Shown piece by piece: positions 23,040-35,065 of a DNA stretch of 64,000 nucleotides. Numbering within the stretch: the stretch's first letter is position 1; every line of letters begins with the position of its first letter. A program made the translations under genes and the position numbers. The DNA is from an uncultured beta proteobacterium (lineage in GTDB: Bacteria; Pseudomonadota; Gammaproteobacteria; Burkholderiales; SG8-41): the NCBI GenBank assembly GCA_902825845.1, contig CADECM010000001.1, positions 98,831 through 162,830 of the forward strand. Direction: 5' to 3'. The notes under the pieces are model-generated. The model searched no databases. It saw nothing but the letters and a program-made list of their open reading frames with translations, and was not told the origin of the DNA.

Positions 23040-24341
23040 ATGAAAGCCGATTCCCATCAACCCGATGCCGCCGCCTTGCGCGACATGCTGCTGGCGGCAC
23101 GACAACGCACGCTGGCCTATGCAGGCGCGCTGCAACCCGCACAATGGCTTGGACCGTACCTGAGTATCGTCAATCCGCCGCTATGGGAGATCGGGCATGT
23201 CGGCTGGTTTCAGGAGCACTGGTGTTTGCGCTATCGATCGGCGGGAGCGCTGGCGCCGGCCCTGCTGCCCGATGCGGACGCGCGTTATAACTCCGCCATC
23301 GTGCCGCATGCGGAGCGCTGGCGACTGACGCTGCCGGAACCCACGCATACGCTGGCCTATTTGAGCGAGGTTCTGGATGCGGTGATCGCGCGTCTGATGC
23401 GAGACGGGGCGACAGACCACCTGCGCTACTTCGCGCTGCTTGCGGTGTTTCACGAGGAAATGCACAACGAAGCGTTTCATTACACGCGCCAGACGTTGGG
23501 ATATCCGCAGGCATTGCCGGCACGGGAAGCGATGCGTGCGGTGGCGCCATGCCCGGGCGACAGCGACATAACGGGCGGACGGTTCATGCTCGGTGCAAGT
23601 GAAAACACCGGATTTGTGTTTGACAATGAGAAGTGGGCGCATGAGGTTGAGGTGGCGCCGTTTCGCATGGCGCGTACTGCGGTTTGCAATGCTGAATATT
23701 CCACATTTGTCGAGGACGGCGGCTACACCAGACGCGAGTTGTGGGACGACGACGGCTGGGCCTGGCGCTCGCGCGCAGATGCCAACTGTCCACTGTATTG
23801 GGTGAAGACGGATGATAGCTGGCGCGCGCGCTACGGGGACCGCATACTGCCGCTCGCGCCCAAGGCGGCAGTGCTGCATGTGAACTGGTATGAGGCACAA
23901 GCCTATTGTGTCTGGGCGGGCCGGCGCCTGCCGTCGGAAGCCGAGTGGGAATTTGCCGCCGCAACCGCACCCGGGGTACTCGCGAGCAAGCGGCGTTATC
24001 CGTGGGGCGAGGCGCCGCCGGCTGCAACACGCGCAAATCTGTATGGCGGCGCCGGCACCACGATCGACGTCGCCGCATTGCCCGACGGCGACAGCGCTTG
24101 GGGTGTGCGTCAGATGTTCGGCAATGTGTGGGAGTGGACGGCGGACTGGTTCAACCCCTATCCCGGCTTTGTGCGCGATCCGTACAAGGAATATTCCGAG
24201 CCCTGGTTCGGCAATCACAAAGTGCTGCGCGGCGGCTGCCATGCGACGCGTGCCGGCCTGCTGCGCAACACATGGCGTAATTTTTACACGCCCGAGCGGC
24301 GCGATGTGCTGGCGGGGTTTCGCACCTGCGCTACAGACTGA
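23040..24341 (+). CDS. EgtB/OvoA/SenA-family non-heme iron sulfoxide/selenoxide synthase (DinB-like N-domain + FGE-sulfatase C-domain)
   Basis: 433 aa. Three-His motif context WEIGHVGWF plus FHEEMHNEAFH. FGE-type RLPSEAEWEFAA, GNVWEWTADW and LRGGCHAT...LAGFR. Confidence 0.8.
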   Translation: MKADSHQPDAAALRDMLLAARQRTLAYAGALQPAQWLGPYLSIVNPPLWEIGHVGWFQEHWCLRYRSAGALAPALLPDADARYNSAIVPHAERWRLTLPEPTHTLAYLSEVLDAVIARLMRDGATDHLRYFALLAVFHEEMHNEAFHYTRQTLGYPQALPAREAMRAVAPCPGDSDITGGRFMLGASENTGFVFDNEKWAHEVEVAPFRMARTAVCNAEYSTFVEDGGYTRRELWDDDGWAWRSRADANCPLYWVKTDDSWRARYGDRILPLAPKAAVLHVNWYEAQAYCVWAGRRLPSEAEWEFAAATAPGVLASKRRYPWGEAPPAATRANLYGGAGTTIDVAALPDGDSAWGVRQMFGNVWEWTADWFNPYPGFVRDPYKEYSEPWFGNHKVLRGGCHATRAGLLRNTWRNFYTPERRDVLAGFRTCATD

Positions 24342-24348
24342 GCACGCA

Positions 24349-25119
24349 TTGAAACACATCATCTCAGCTGAAAACGCACAGTTCAAGGCGCTGTTAAGAC
24401 TGATGCAATCTTCGCGCGAGCGCAGGCTTGCGGGAAAATCATTGCTTGATGGCGTGCATTTGATACAGGCTTACCGCAGCAATTACGGCTGGCCTGAACT
24501 ATTGGTGGTAAGCCGGGACGGTATGAAGAATCCTGAAGTGGCATCCTTACTGGAGGGCTGTCCTGCTATCGTGTTGCTGAACGATCCGCTGTTCCGGCAA
24601 CTGTCGTCAGTGGCAACACCAACAGGTGCCATCGCGGTCATCCAGACGCCCCGCCGCTCGGCGCCGCCCGCGGTACCCGACAGCTGCGTCCTGCTCGAAG
24701 ACCTGCAGGATCCGGGCAATCTCGGTTCAATCATGCGTTCTTGCGCCGCGGCGGGGATCAAACAGATTTTCCTGTCGGAGCGTAGTGTGAACGCTTGGTC
24801 GCCACGCGTATTGCGGGCAGGCATGGGGGCGCATTTTGTGGTGGATATCTACGAGCGTTCCGATCTGATTGCTTTGGGACGCGCATTTCCGGGTCGGGTG
24901 GTGGTCACGCAGCGTCTGGCAGTGAAAAACGTATTCGACAGCGATCTCACCGGACACGTGGCGCTGGTGTTTGGGAACGAAGGCGCGGGCGTGTCAGAAG
25001 CGCTCGTCAGGTGCGCTCATGAACTGATTGCGATTCCGATGCATGCGACTACCGAGTCACTCAATGTTGCGGCGGCAGCAGCCGTGTGCCTGTTCGAGCG
25101 GGTCAGGCAGTCTCGCTAG
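24349..25119 (+). CDS. TrmH/SpoU-family RNA 2'-O-methyltransferase
   Basis: LEDLQDPGNLGSIMRS, LVFGNEGAGVS and IPMHATTESLNVAAAAAV. The ORF-track start 23890 is inside the upstream gene, so TTG 24349 is proposed as the first start after that gene's stop. Confidence 0.85.
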   Translation: MKHIISAENAQFKALLRLMQSSRERRLAGKSLLDGVHLIQAYRSNYGWPELLVVSRDGMKNPEVASLLEGCPAIVLLNDPLFRQLSSVATPTGAIAVIQTPRRSAPPAVPDSCVLLEDLQDPGNLGSIMRSCAAAGIKQIFLSERSVNAWSPRVLRAGMGAHFVVDIYERSDLIALGRAFPGRVVVTQRLAVKNVFDSDLTGHVALVFGNEGAGVSEALVRCAHELIAIPMHATTESLNVAAAAAVCLFERVRQSR

Positions 25120-25274
25120 CAAGCCGTTGCGGCGTGTGCCGCGTTGACTGCGCGCGGCCGTGCGCGATATAGTCGCGAGCAGCCCATCGGCATAAGCCTA
25201 TGCACGAGTCATCCCCGGCTTTGCTCTGGAAGTGATATGCAGGGCGGCGACCAAAATAATTCAGGGAGTAGCGC

Positions 25275-26126
25275 GTGAAAATATGCATGAAACTGCACTG
25301 GCGCCGGCTGCTGGGTGTGACACTGCTATGGGTGTCTGCGGGCATGGCGGGCGCGCAGGGTATGATGAACAATGCTGAAGTCATTACATTGATGGAAGCC
25401 GGGATGTCGGACGAAGTGATTCTGGAAGCAATCGCCAGTGCGCGCTCGCACAATTTCGATACCTCTGCCAAGGGGCTGGTCACACTGAAGAATAAAGGTG
25501 CGTCTCCGGCTGTATTGAGGGCAGTGCTGAATCCGAAGTCGCTCAGTAAATCAGGGGCTGCAGCGAAGCCCTCGGCCGCGCGCACCTCGCCTGGTACCGG
25601 TTCGGGGGCGGCAACCGATGGGCGCAATCCGGAAAATGTCGCGGTCTTGATCAATGGCACGGAACAACTAATGCAGTATATCGTGCCTACCATGCGCACT
25701 GCGGCGCGTGCATTGGGTTTTGGTGGCGTCGCCACCTATGCAACGTTGCCCGGCGACAAGGCACAGTTGCGCCTGCCGGGAGACGACATAGGGTTCGTTC
25801 TCAGCGTACCCAAGAATGCGCAGCCCCAGGGCTATCTGACACTCGCCAATTTTGCGGTTCGACCAAACGGCACGCGTGAGGTGGCAACCGGCGGTGGCTT
25901 CATAAGCTATTCAACCGGCATTACCAGGGATCGTGTAATACCTGTCGCACATGAAGTGTTGGCGGATCAAGGCGGAGCCCGCGAAGGTTTCGTTCTTTAT
26001 CACGTTAAACCGGAACGACAACTGGCGCCTGGGGAATACGCGCTGATATTGTACACGGCCGAGGTGCGCGTCGCCGGATTCTTCGGGCATGGCGCCAATA
26101 GCTTTTTCGATTTTGGCGTTGACTGA
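25275..26126 (+). CDS. secreted protein of unknown function
   Basis: 283 aa. Signal peptide (LLGVTLLWVSAGMAGAQG), GGAG RBS 7 nt before GTG 25275, low-complexity Ser/Gly/Ala linker. No motif I recognise. Confidence 0.6.
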   Translation: MKICMKLHWRRLLGVTLLWVSAGMAGAQGMMNNAEVITLMEAGMSDEVILEAIASARSHNFDTSAKGLVTLKNKGASPAVLRAVLNPKSLSKSGAAAKPSAARTSPGTGSGAATDGRNPENVAVLINGTEQLMQYIVPTMRTAARALGFGGVATYATLPGDKAQLRLPGDDIGFVLSVPKNAQPQGYLTLANFAVRPNGTREVATGGGFISYSTGITRDRVIPVAHEVLADQGGAREGFVLYHVKPERQLAPGEYALILYTAEVRVAGFFGHGANSFFDFGVD

Positions 26127-26134
26127 GTGCAACT

Positions 26135-26986
26135 TCAGTAAATCCGCCGCTCCAGTTTGGCCTGCTGCATGATGGTGGTGGCGAGTTCTTCCACGGACTT
26201 GGCGGTGGCGTCTAGCACTGGAATGTTTTCGCGCCGCATCAGCGCTTCGGCATCGCGAACCTCTTGTTCGCAGTTTTTCAGGCTCGAATAGCTGCTGTTG
26301 GGGCGGCGCTCGCTGCGTATACGATGCAGCCGTGCGGGGGCAATGGTCAGACCGTACAGTTTGTCGCGTAGTTTGGTCAGGGATTTGGGCAGTTGGTGAC
26401 TGGAAAAATCTTCCGGAATGAACGGGTAGTTTGCGGCGCGCACCCCGAACTGCATGGAAAGGTAGAGACAGGTCGGCGTCTTGCCGCAGCGTGACACGCC
26501 AACCAGTATCACGTCCGCTTCGCTCAGATCGCGCGTGGTGACGCCGTCGTCGTGGGACAAGGTGTAATTGACCGACTCCATGCGCTTGTAGTAATTGACG
26601 ATGTCGTTCAGATTGTGGGTACGCCCGATCTCGTGCGAGGCGCGCGAACCGAGTTCGTTTTCAAGCGGCACAATGAAAATCTGAAAGCAATCGAGAAACA
26701 ACGCATTGGCTTTGCCCACCGCAGCGGCAATTTCAGTGTTGGCGAGTGTGCTGATGATGATCGGCCGCACACCGTCCGCGGCGGCCGTGGCATTGATGTT
26801 TGCAACCGCCTCCTGCGCCTTATCAAGGCTGTCGATGAACGGCAGCGTCGTTTCCTTCAGTACCAGATTATCGAACTGCGTTAGCAGGCTGTGGCCCAGC
26901 ATTTCCGCGGTTATTCCAGTGCGGTCAGATACGAAGAACGCGCTGCGGAAGATGTTTGCAGTATCCATTGGCGTGAATTGCGTCAA
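26135..26986 (-). CDS. ppsR: PEP synthase regulatory protein (bifunctional kinase/pyrophosphorylase, DUF299)
   Basis: P-loop GVSRCGKTPTCLYL. Divergent from ppsA, as is usual. Confidence 0.93.
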   Translation of the reverse strand: MTQFTPMDTANIFRSAFFVSDRTGITAEMLGHSLLTQFDNLVLKETTLPFIDSLDKAQEAVANINATAAADGVRPIIISTLANTEIAAAVGKANALFLDCFQIFIVPLENELGSRASHEIGRTHNLNDIVNYYKRMESVNYTLSHDDGVTTRDLSEADVILVGVSRCGKTPTCLYLSMQFGVRAANYPFIPEDFSSHQLPKSLTKLRDKLYGLTIAPARLHRIRSERRPNSSYSSLKNCEQEVRDAEALMRRENIPVLDATAKSVEELATTIMQQAKLERRIY

Positions 26987-27055
26987 AAGTCATATTGCGG
27001 TGCGGCAATATTCGGTAATATACCGGGATTTGCGCGCCCATACTACTGGAGGTAG

Positions 27056-29449
27056 GTGAACATGACGTCGCCGGCTTATGTGCTTGATCTCTCCGCGCTG
27101 CGCATGACTGACGTGGGGATCGTCGGCGGCAAGAACGCCTCGCTCGGCGAGATGATCGCGCACTTGTCCGGCGCGGGTGTGCGGGTGCCGGGTGGCTTCG
27201 CCACAACGGCGGCGGCGTTTCGCGATTTTCTGGCGCATGATGGGCTCGACAAGCGCATCGAAAAACAGCTTGCCACGTTAAACGTCGACGATGTCAACGC
27301 GCTGGCAGCCGCGGGCAAATCCATACGCGAATGGATTGTGGCGCAACCCTTTTCCCAGGCATTGCTGAGCGCGGTGAGCGAAGCCTATGGCAAACTTGAA
27401 CGGGCGGCCGGTGCCGGCGTTTCGTTTGCCGTGCGCTCGTCGGCCACTGCGGAGGACTTGCCCGACGCTTCCTTCGCGGGCCAGCAGGAGACCTTTTTGA
27501 ACGTGCACGGTCTCGACAATCTGCTGGAAGCGATCAAGCACGTGTTTGCTTCGCTCTACAACGACCGTGCAATTTCCTATCGCGTCCACAAAGGTTACGT
27601 GCACGACGGTGTCGCACTGTCGGCCGCGGTGCAGCGCATGGTGCGCAGCGACCTTGGCGCCAGCGGTGTGATGTTCACGATTGATACGGAATCCGGATTC
27701 GATCAGGTGGTATTCATCACGTCCGCCTATGGCTTGGGCGAAACGGTAGTGCAGGGCCAAGTGAATCCGGATGAATTTTATGTTTATAAACAATCACTTA
27801 ATGAAGGAAAGCCGGCTGTCCTGCGGCGCGGTTTGGGGTCCAAGGCGCTGCGCATGGTGTATGACGCATCGAGACAGGCTGGCCGTTCGGTGAGAACCGA
27901 GCCGGTGCCGGAGAGCGATCGACGCAAGTTTTCCATCAGCGACGCGGAAGTCGAAATGCTGGCCCGCTATGCCGTAATTATTGAAAAGCATTACCAGCGT
28001 CCGATGGACATCGAATGGGGACGCGACGGCATCGACGGCCAACTTTACATTTTGCAGGCGCGGCCCGAAACGGTGAAAGCCAGCGAAAGTGTCGACACGC
28101 TGCGGCGTTATCGTCTGAAGGAGCGCTCCGAGGTCTTGGCGACCGGCCGTGCGATTGGCCAGCGCGTTGGCAGTGGGCCGGTGCGTCTGGTCAGCAGTGC
28201 GGCCGAAATGGACCGCGTGCGCGAGGGCGATGTGCTGGTGACCGACATGACCGATCCGGACTGGGAGCCGGTGATGAAGCGCGCCTCGGCGATCGTGACC
28301 AACCGCGGTGGCCGCACATGTCACGCGGCGATCATCGCGCGCGAACTGGGTGTGCCAGCGGTGGTGGGCTGCGGAGACGCCACGCGCGTGCTGCGTGACG
28401 GCCGCGAGGTGACGGTATCGTGCGCCGAGGGCGATACCGGGTTCGTATATCGCGGCAAACTGGATGTGGAAGTGATCGACCTGTCGCTCGATGCCATGCC
28501 CAAATCGCCGGTAAAGATCACCATGAACGTCGGCAACCCCGAGCTCGCGTTCGAATTCCGGCGCCTGCCGAACGAGGGCGTGGGACTGGCACGGTTGGAG
28601 TTCATCATTGCGCGCATGATCGGCGTGCACCCCAAGGCCGTGCTGGCTTACCCTGATATACCGGCGGATCTGAAAACCGCGGTCGAGGAGCATAGCGCCG
28701 GCTACGCCGATCCGGTGACGTTTTACGTCGAAAAGCTGGTCGAGGGCGTGGCCACCCTTGGCGCGGCATTCTGGCCGAAGCCGGTGATCGTGCGCCTGTC
28801 GGATTTCAAGTCCAACGAGTATTCCAGCCTCACCGGAGGCACCCGCTATGAGCCGCATGAAGAGAATCCCATGCTGGGGTTTCGCGGCGCGTCACGGTAC
28901 ATCGCGGACAGTTTTCGCAAGTCGTTCGATCTTGAATGCCGCGCGATGAAAAAGGTACGTGACGAGATGGGCCTTACCAATGTTGAGATTATGGTGCCTT
29001 TCGTTCGTACCGTGAGTGAGGGAAAACAAGTGCTTGATCTGCTCGCCGCCAATGGTTTGAAGCGCGGCGACAACGGTCTGCGGGTGGTGATGATGTGTGA
29101 GATTCCCTCCAACGCGGTGCTCGCCGACCAATTTCTGCAGCATTTTGACGGATTTTCGATTGGCTCCAACGACATGACGCAAATGACGCTGGCGCTCGAC
29201 CGCGACTCCGGTATCATCGCCGAGGGTTTTGACGAGCGCGACCCGGCGGTGAAACACATGCTGCACCTTGCGATCCAGGCATGCCGCAAAGCCGGCAAGT
29301 ACGTGGGTATCTGCGGCCAGGGCCCGTCGGATCATCCTGATCTTGCGCAATGGCTGGTGGAAGAGGGCATAGAGAGCATTTCACTGAACCCGGATACGGT
29401 GGTGGAAACATGGCTGTATCTTGCCAAGGCGGCGCGTTCGGCCTCGTGA
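27056..29449 (+). CDS. ppsA: phosphoenolpyruvate synthase
   Basis: 797 aa. [10 protein letters not shown], phospho-His region [17 protein letters not shown] and C-terminal GSNDMTQ. Confidence 0.96.
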   Translation: MNMTSPAYVLDLSALRMTDVGIVGGKNASLGEMIAHLSGAGVRVPGGFATTAAAFRDFLAHDGLDKRIEKQLATLNVDDVNALAAAGKSIREWIVAQPFSQALLSAVSEAYGKLERAAGAGVSFAVRSSATAEDLPDASFAGQQETFLNVHGLDNLLEAIKHVFASLYNDRAISYRVHKGYVHDGVALSAAVQRMVRSDLGASGVMFTIDTESGFDQVVFITSAYGLGETVVQGQVNPDEFYVYKQSLNEGKPAVLRRGLGSKALRMVYDASRQAGRSVRTEPVPESDRRKFSISDAEVEMLARYAVIIEKHYQRPMDIEWGRDGIDGQLYILQARPETVKASESVDTLRRYRLKERSEVLATGRAIGQRVGSGPVRLVSSAAEMDRVREGDVLVTDMTDPDWEPVMKRASAIVTNRGGRTCHAAIIARELGVPAVVGCGDATRVLRDGREVTVSCAEGDTGFVYRGKLDVEVIDLSLDAMPKSPVKITMNVGNPELAFEFRRLPNEGVGLARLEFIIARMIGVHPKAVLAYPDIPADLKTAVEEHSAGYADPVTFYVEKLVEGVATLGAAFWPKPVIVRLSDFKSNEYSSLTGGTRYEPHEENPMLGFRGASRYIADSFRKSFDLECRAMKKVRDEMGLTNVEIMVPFVRTVSEGKQVLDLLAANGLKRGDNGLRVVMMCEIPSNAVLADQFLQHFDGFSIGSNDMTQMTLALDRDSGIIAEGFDERDPAVKHMLHLAIQACRKAGKYVGICGQGPSDHPDLAQWLVEEGIESISLNPDTVVETWLYLAKAARSAS

Positions 29450-29479
29450 ACGGGCGGTGAATTTCGTTGGACGCTCACG
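29445..29479. repeat. degenerate copy of the GTGAACG-type octamer hairpin repeat
   Basis: CGTGAACG (contains the ppsA TGA stop), then GGTGAA, then inverted CGCTCACG. One mismatch in the 8-bp stem. Confidence 0.35.
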
Positions 29480-29508
29480 CATTTTGCGATAAAATGGGAA
29501 AACCCTGA

Positions 29509-31197
<1,689 letters not shown>

Positions 31198-31207
31198 GGC
31201 GGCAGCG

Positions 31208-32047
31208 ATGAAGCTATGTGGATTTGAAGCGGGTCTCGACCAACCGCTGTTCCTGATTGCCGGCCCGTGTGTGGTGGAATCGCGCCAGCTGGCCATGGAC
31301 GTCGCCGGCACGCTCAAGGCGATCTGCGCGGAAATCGGCGTGCCGTTTATTTTCAAGGCATCTTACGACAAGGCCAATCGCAGTTCGATCCGCTCGTTTC
31401 GTGGCCTGGGCATGGACAAGGGGCTGGAAATTCTCGCGGATGTGCGCAAACAAGTTGGCGTGCCGGTGCTGACCGATGTGCATGACACGGGCGACATTGC
31501 CGCGGTTGCATCCGTGGTGGACGTCCTTCAAACACCGGCGTTCCTGTGCCGACAGACCGACTTTATTTGCGCCGTCGCGAGTACGGGTAAACCTGTGAAC
31601 ATCAAGAAGGGACAGTTTCTCGCGCCGGCAGACATGAAAAATGTCGTCGACAAGGCGCGTAGCGCGAGCAATGCCGACAACATCATGGTTTGCGAGCGCG
31701 GCGCGACGTTCGGCTACAACAACCTGATTTCCGACATGCGTGGCCTGATGGTTATGCGGGACACGGGATGTCCGGTGCTGTTTGACGCCACGCACTCGGT
31801 GCAGCTCCCGGGCGGGCAGGGCCATGCGAGTGGCGGCGAGCGAAAATTTGTGCCGGTGCTGGCGCGGGCCGCGGTGGCGAGCGGCATTGCCGGTGTGTTC
31901 ATGGAGACCCATCCGCAGCCGGAAAAGGCACTGTCGGACGGCCCCAATGCGTGGCCCTTGCAGCACATGAGGGTACTGCTGCAGACGCTGAAACAACTGG
32001 ATACGCTGGTGAAGCATGCAGGCTTCGCCGAGGACCTGGTGTCATAA
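31208..32047 (+). CDS. kdsA: 3-deoxy-8-phosphooctulonate synthase
   Basis: [11 protein letters not shown] motif. Start set to ATG 31208 (MKLCGFEAG), after the pyrG stop. Confidence 0.94.
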   Translation: MKLCGFEAGLDQPLFLIAGPCVVESRQLAMDVAGTLKAICAEIGVPFIFKASYDKANRSSIRSFRGLGMDKGLEILADVRKQVGVPVLTDVHDTGDIAAVASVVDVLQTPAFLCRQTDFICAVASTGKPVNIKKGQFLAPADMKNVVDKARSASNADNIMVCERGATFGYNNLISDMRGLMVMRDTGCPVLFDATHSVQLPGGQGHASGGERKFVPVLARAAVASGIAGVFMETHPQPEKALSDGPNAWPLQHMRVLLQTLKQLDTLVKHAGFAEDLVS

Positions 32048-33352
<1,305 letters not shown>

Positions 33353-33361
33353 AAGCTGACC

Positions 33362-33676
33362 ATGAAGGCGCTCAGCGTGGCACTCATGGCGTTGATCGTG
33401 GTGATTCAATACCCGCTGTGGCTGGGCAAGGGTGGCTGGATGCGCGTATGGGACGTGGACCAACAGATCAAGTCGCAGCGCGACAAGAATCTGGGGTTGC
33501 AAAAACGCAATGTCGTGCTGGAAGCCGAGGTGCGCGATTTGAAACAGGGTGTTGAAGCCGTCGAGGAACGCGCGCGCAGCGAGCTGGGCATGATCAAGCA
33601 GGATGAAGTGTTTTTTCAGTTGTTGGAACCGGGACAACGCGTGCCGCCCGGCAATCCCGTTACCGCGCAAAAGTAG
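33362..33676 (+). CDS. ftsB: cell division protein FtsB
   Basis: 104 aa. N-terminal TM helix plus coiled coil. Conserved eno-ftsB synteny. Confidence 0.88.
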   Translation: MKALSVALMALIVVIQYPLWLGKGGWMRVWDVDQQIKSQRDKNLGLQKRNVVLEAEVRDLKQGVEAVEERARSELGMIKQDEVFFQLLEPGQRVPPGNPVTAQK

Positions 33677-33712
33677 CGGCGCCGCAATGAAACTCAACTC
33701 TTGCCTGCAATC

Positions 33713-34564
33713 ATGACCGCCCAGCTGATCGATGGCGCCGCCTTGGCGCTTGAAAAAATAAATCAATTAAAACAATCGGTTACAAAATTACAAGCGCGTG
33801 GTGTCACACCAGGCCTAGCGACTGTGCTGGTGGGCGACGACCCCGCTTCACGCATCTACATACGTAACAAGGCCAGGGCATGTGCACAAGCGGGCGTGAA
33901 TTCGATCCATCACGATGTGCCTGCAAGCGCGACTGAACGCGAAGTACTGGACCTCGTTACCCGTCTCAACAACGAGCGCGCGGTTCACGGCATCATTGTG
34001 CAGTTGCCGCTGCCCAGGCACCTGGATGCGCAACGGCTATCACAGGCCATCGCCGTGGAGAAAGACGTGGATGGCTTCAACTGGCTGAATCTCGGCGCGC
34101 TGGTGGAAGGCGCACCCGGCATCACGCCATGTACGCCGCGGGCCGCGATGGCAATGCTCGATCACGCGCATGTCCCGATCGAGGGCCGCCACGCGGTGGT
34201 GGTTGGGCGCAGCACCATCGTCGGCAAGCCGGCGGCGTTGCTGCTGATCGCGCGCGGCGCCACGGTTACAGTGTGCAATTCGCGCACGCCGGACCTCGGT
34301 GCGGTCACCCGTCAGGCCGATATCCTGATAGTCGCGACCGGCAAAGCGCATCTGATCACGCGCGGCATGGTCAAGCCCGGCGCAGCGGTTATCGACGTCG
34401 GTATCAACCGGCTTGCGAGCGGAAAACTCGCCGGGGATGTGGCGTTCGACGAGGTCAAGGACGTTGCCGGTTGGATTACGCCGGTACCTGGCGGCGTCGG
34501 GCCGATGACAGTGGCGATGCTGGTTGAGAATACTGTCGATGCCGCCGCGCGGAGCGCGACGTGA
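33713..34564 (+). CDS. folD: bifunctional methylenetetrahydrofolate dehydrogenase/cyclohydrolase
   Basis: VGDDPASRIYIRNK, GRSTIVGKP and PVPGGVGPMT. Start set to ATG 33713 (MTAQLIDG). Confidence 0.95.
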   Translation: MTAQLIDGAALALEKINQLKQSVTKLQARGVTPGLATVLVGDDPASRIYIRNKARACAQAGVNSIHHDVPASATEREVLDLVTRLNNERAVHGIIVQLPLPRHLDAQRLSQAIAVEKDVDGFNWLNLGALVEGAPGITPCTPRAAMAMLDHAHVPIEGRHAVVVGRSTIVGKPAALLLIARGATVTVCNSRTPDLGAVTRQADILIVATGKAHLITRGMVKPGAAVIDVGINRLASGKLAGDVAFDEVKDVAGWITPVPGGVGPMTVAMLVENTVDAAARSAT

Positions 34565-34977
34565 TACAGCAGTAAAGCAAGTTCGCAAGGTTAGGCGGCA
34601 TGTCGCTGCCCAGATAGGCACGACACTTATAGCGTACTTCGGCATTGCCATTGCAACCGTCCAGGACCTGACACGCGCGCGGCGAGTTTGTGCCAAATAA
34701 GCCGAGTCGTTTACCTATCTTATCCTGCGAGTCTCAATCCTGTTCTTGAGACGAAGACTCCCTGACATGAACCGTGCGTTGGTGCGGCGAGCGTGCAGTA
34801 TGCGCAGTCAAAAGGGGGTCCCTTGGCGATAATCAAGGCCGTCGCCCAATGTAATACAAGTTGCGGGGGCCACCCCCGTGCACGTCCCAAAGTTGCTCCA
34901 CGCGTGTTTGCGCCGCACAACGAGTGTGCGCCGGGCTGCTCCCGCAATCCGTGCGCATTTGAGGGGTGATTTGTAAG

Positions 34978-34990
34978 TAACTGATTGATA
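34978..34990 (-). promoter_or_regulatory. consensus IHF binding site
   Basis: The minus strand reads TATCAATCAGTTA, which matches WATCAANNNNTTR. An A/T-rich tract is adjacent. Centred about 65 bp upstream of the predicted sigma54 start site. Confidence 0.4.
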
Positions 34991-35024
34991 ATATATTTTT
35001 TTGTATCGACGGATGACCTAAAGT

Positions 35025-35040
35025 TGGCACGCTGATTGCA
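35025..35040 (+). promoter_or_regulatory. sigma54 (RpoN) -24/-12 promoter element
   Basis: TGGCAC-GCTGA-TTGCA is a perfect match to TGGCAC-N5-TTGCA. It lies in the intergenic region directly upstream of the accessory operon. Confidence 0.6.
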
Positions 35041-35041
35041 A

Positions 35042-35065
35042 GTATTGACAGCAGGATGTCAATAC
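35042..35065. promoter_or_regulatory. inverted repeat (candidate GntR/HutC operator)
   Basis: GTATTGACA-gcagga-TGTCAATAC: 9-bp perfect arms with a 6-bp spacer. It starts 2 bp after the -12 element and spans ATG 35056. Confidence 0.45.

Noticed and set aside
23181-24386. 401-aa minus-strand ORF
   Set aside because: It is antisense to the EgtB/SenA-like gene, whose frame has clear family motifs.
27794-28858. 354-aa minus-strand ORF
   Set aside because: It is antisense to ppsA.
34720-35030. 75-aa and 65-aa minus-strand ORFs in the folD/GntR gap
   Set aside because: They have no RBS and no motifs, and they overlap the predicted sigma54/IHF promoter region. Treated as non-coding.
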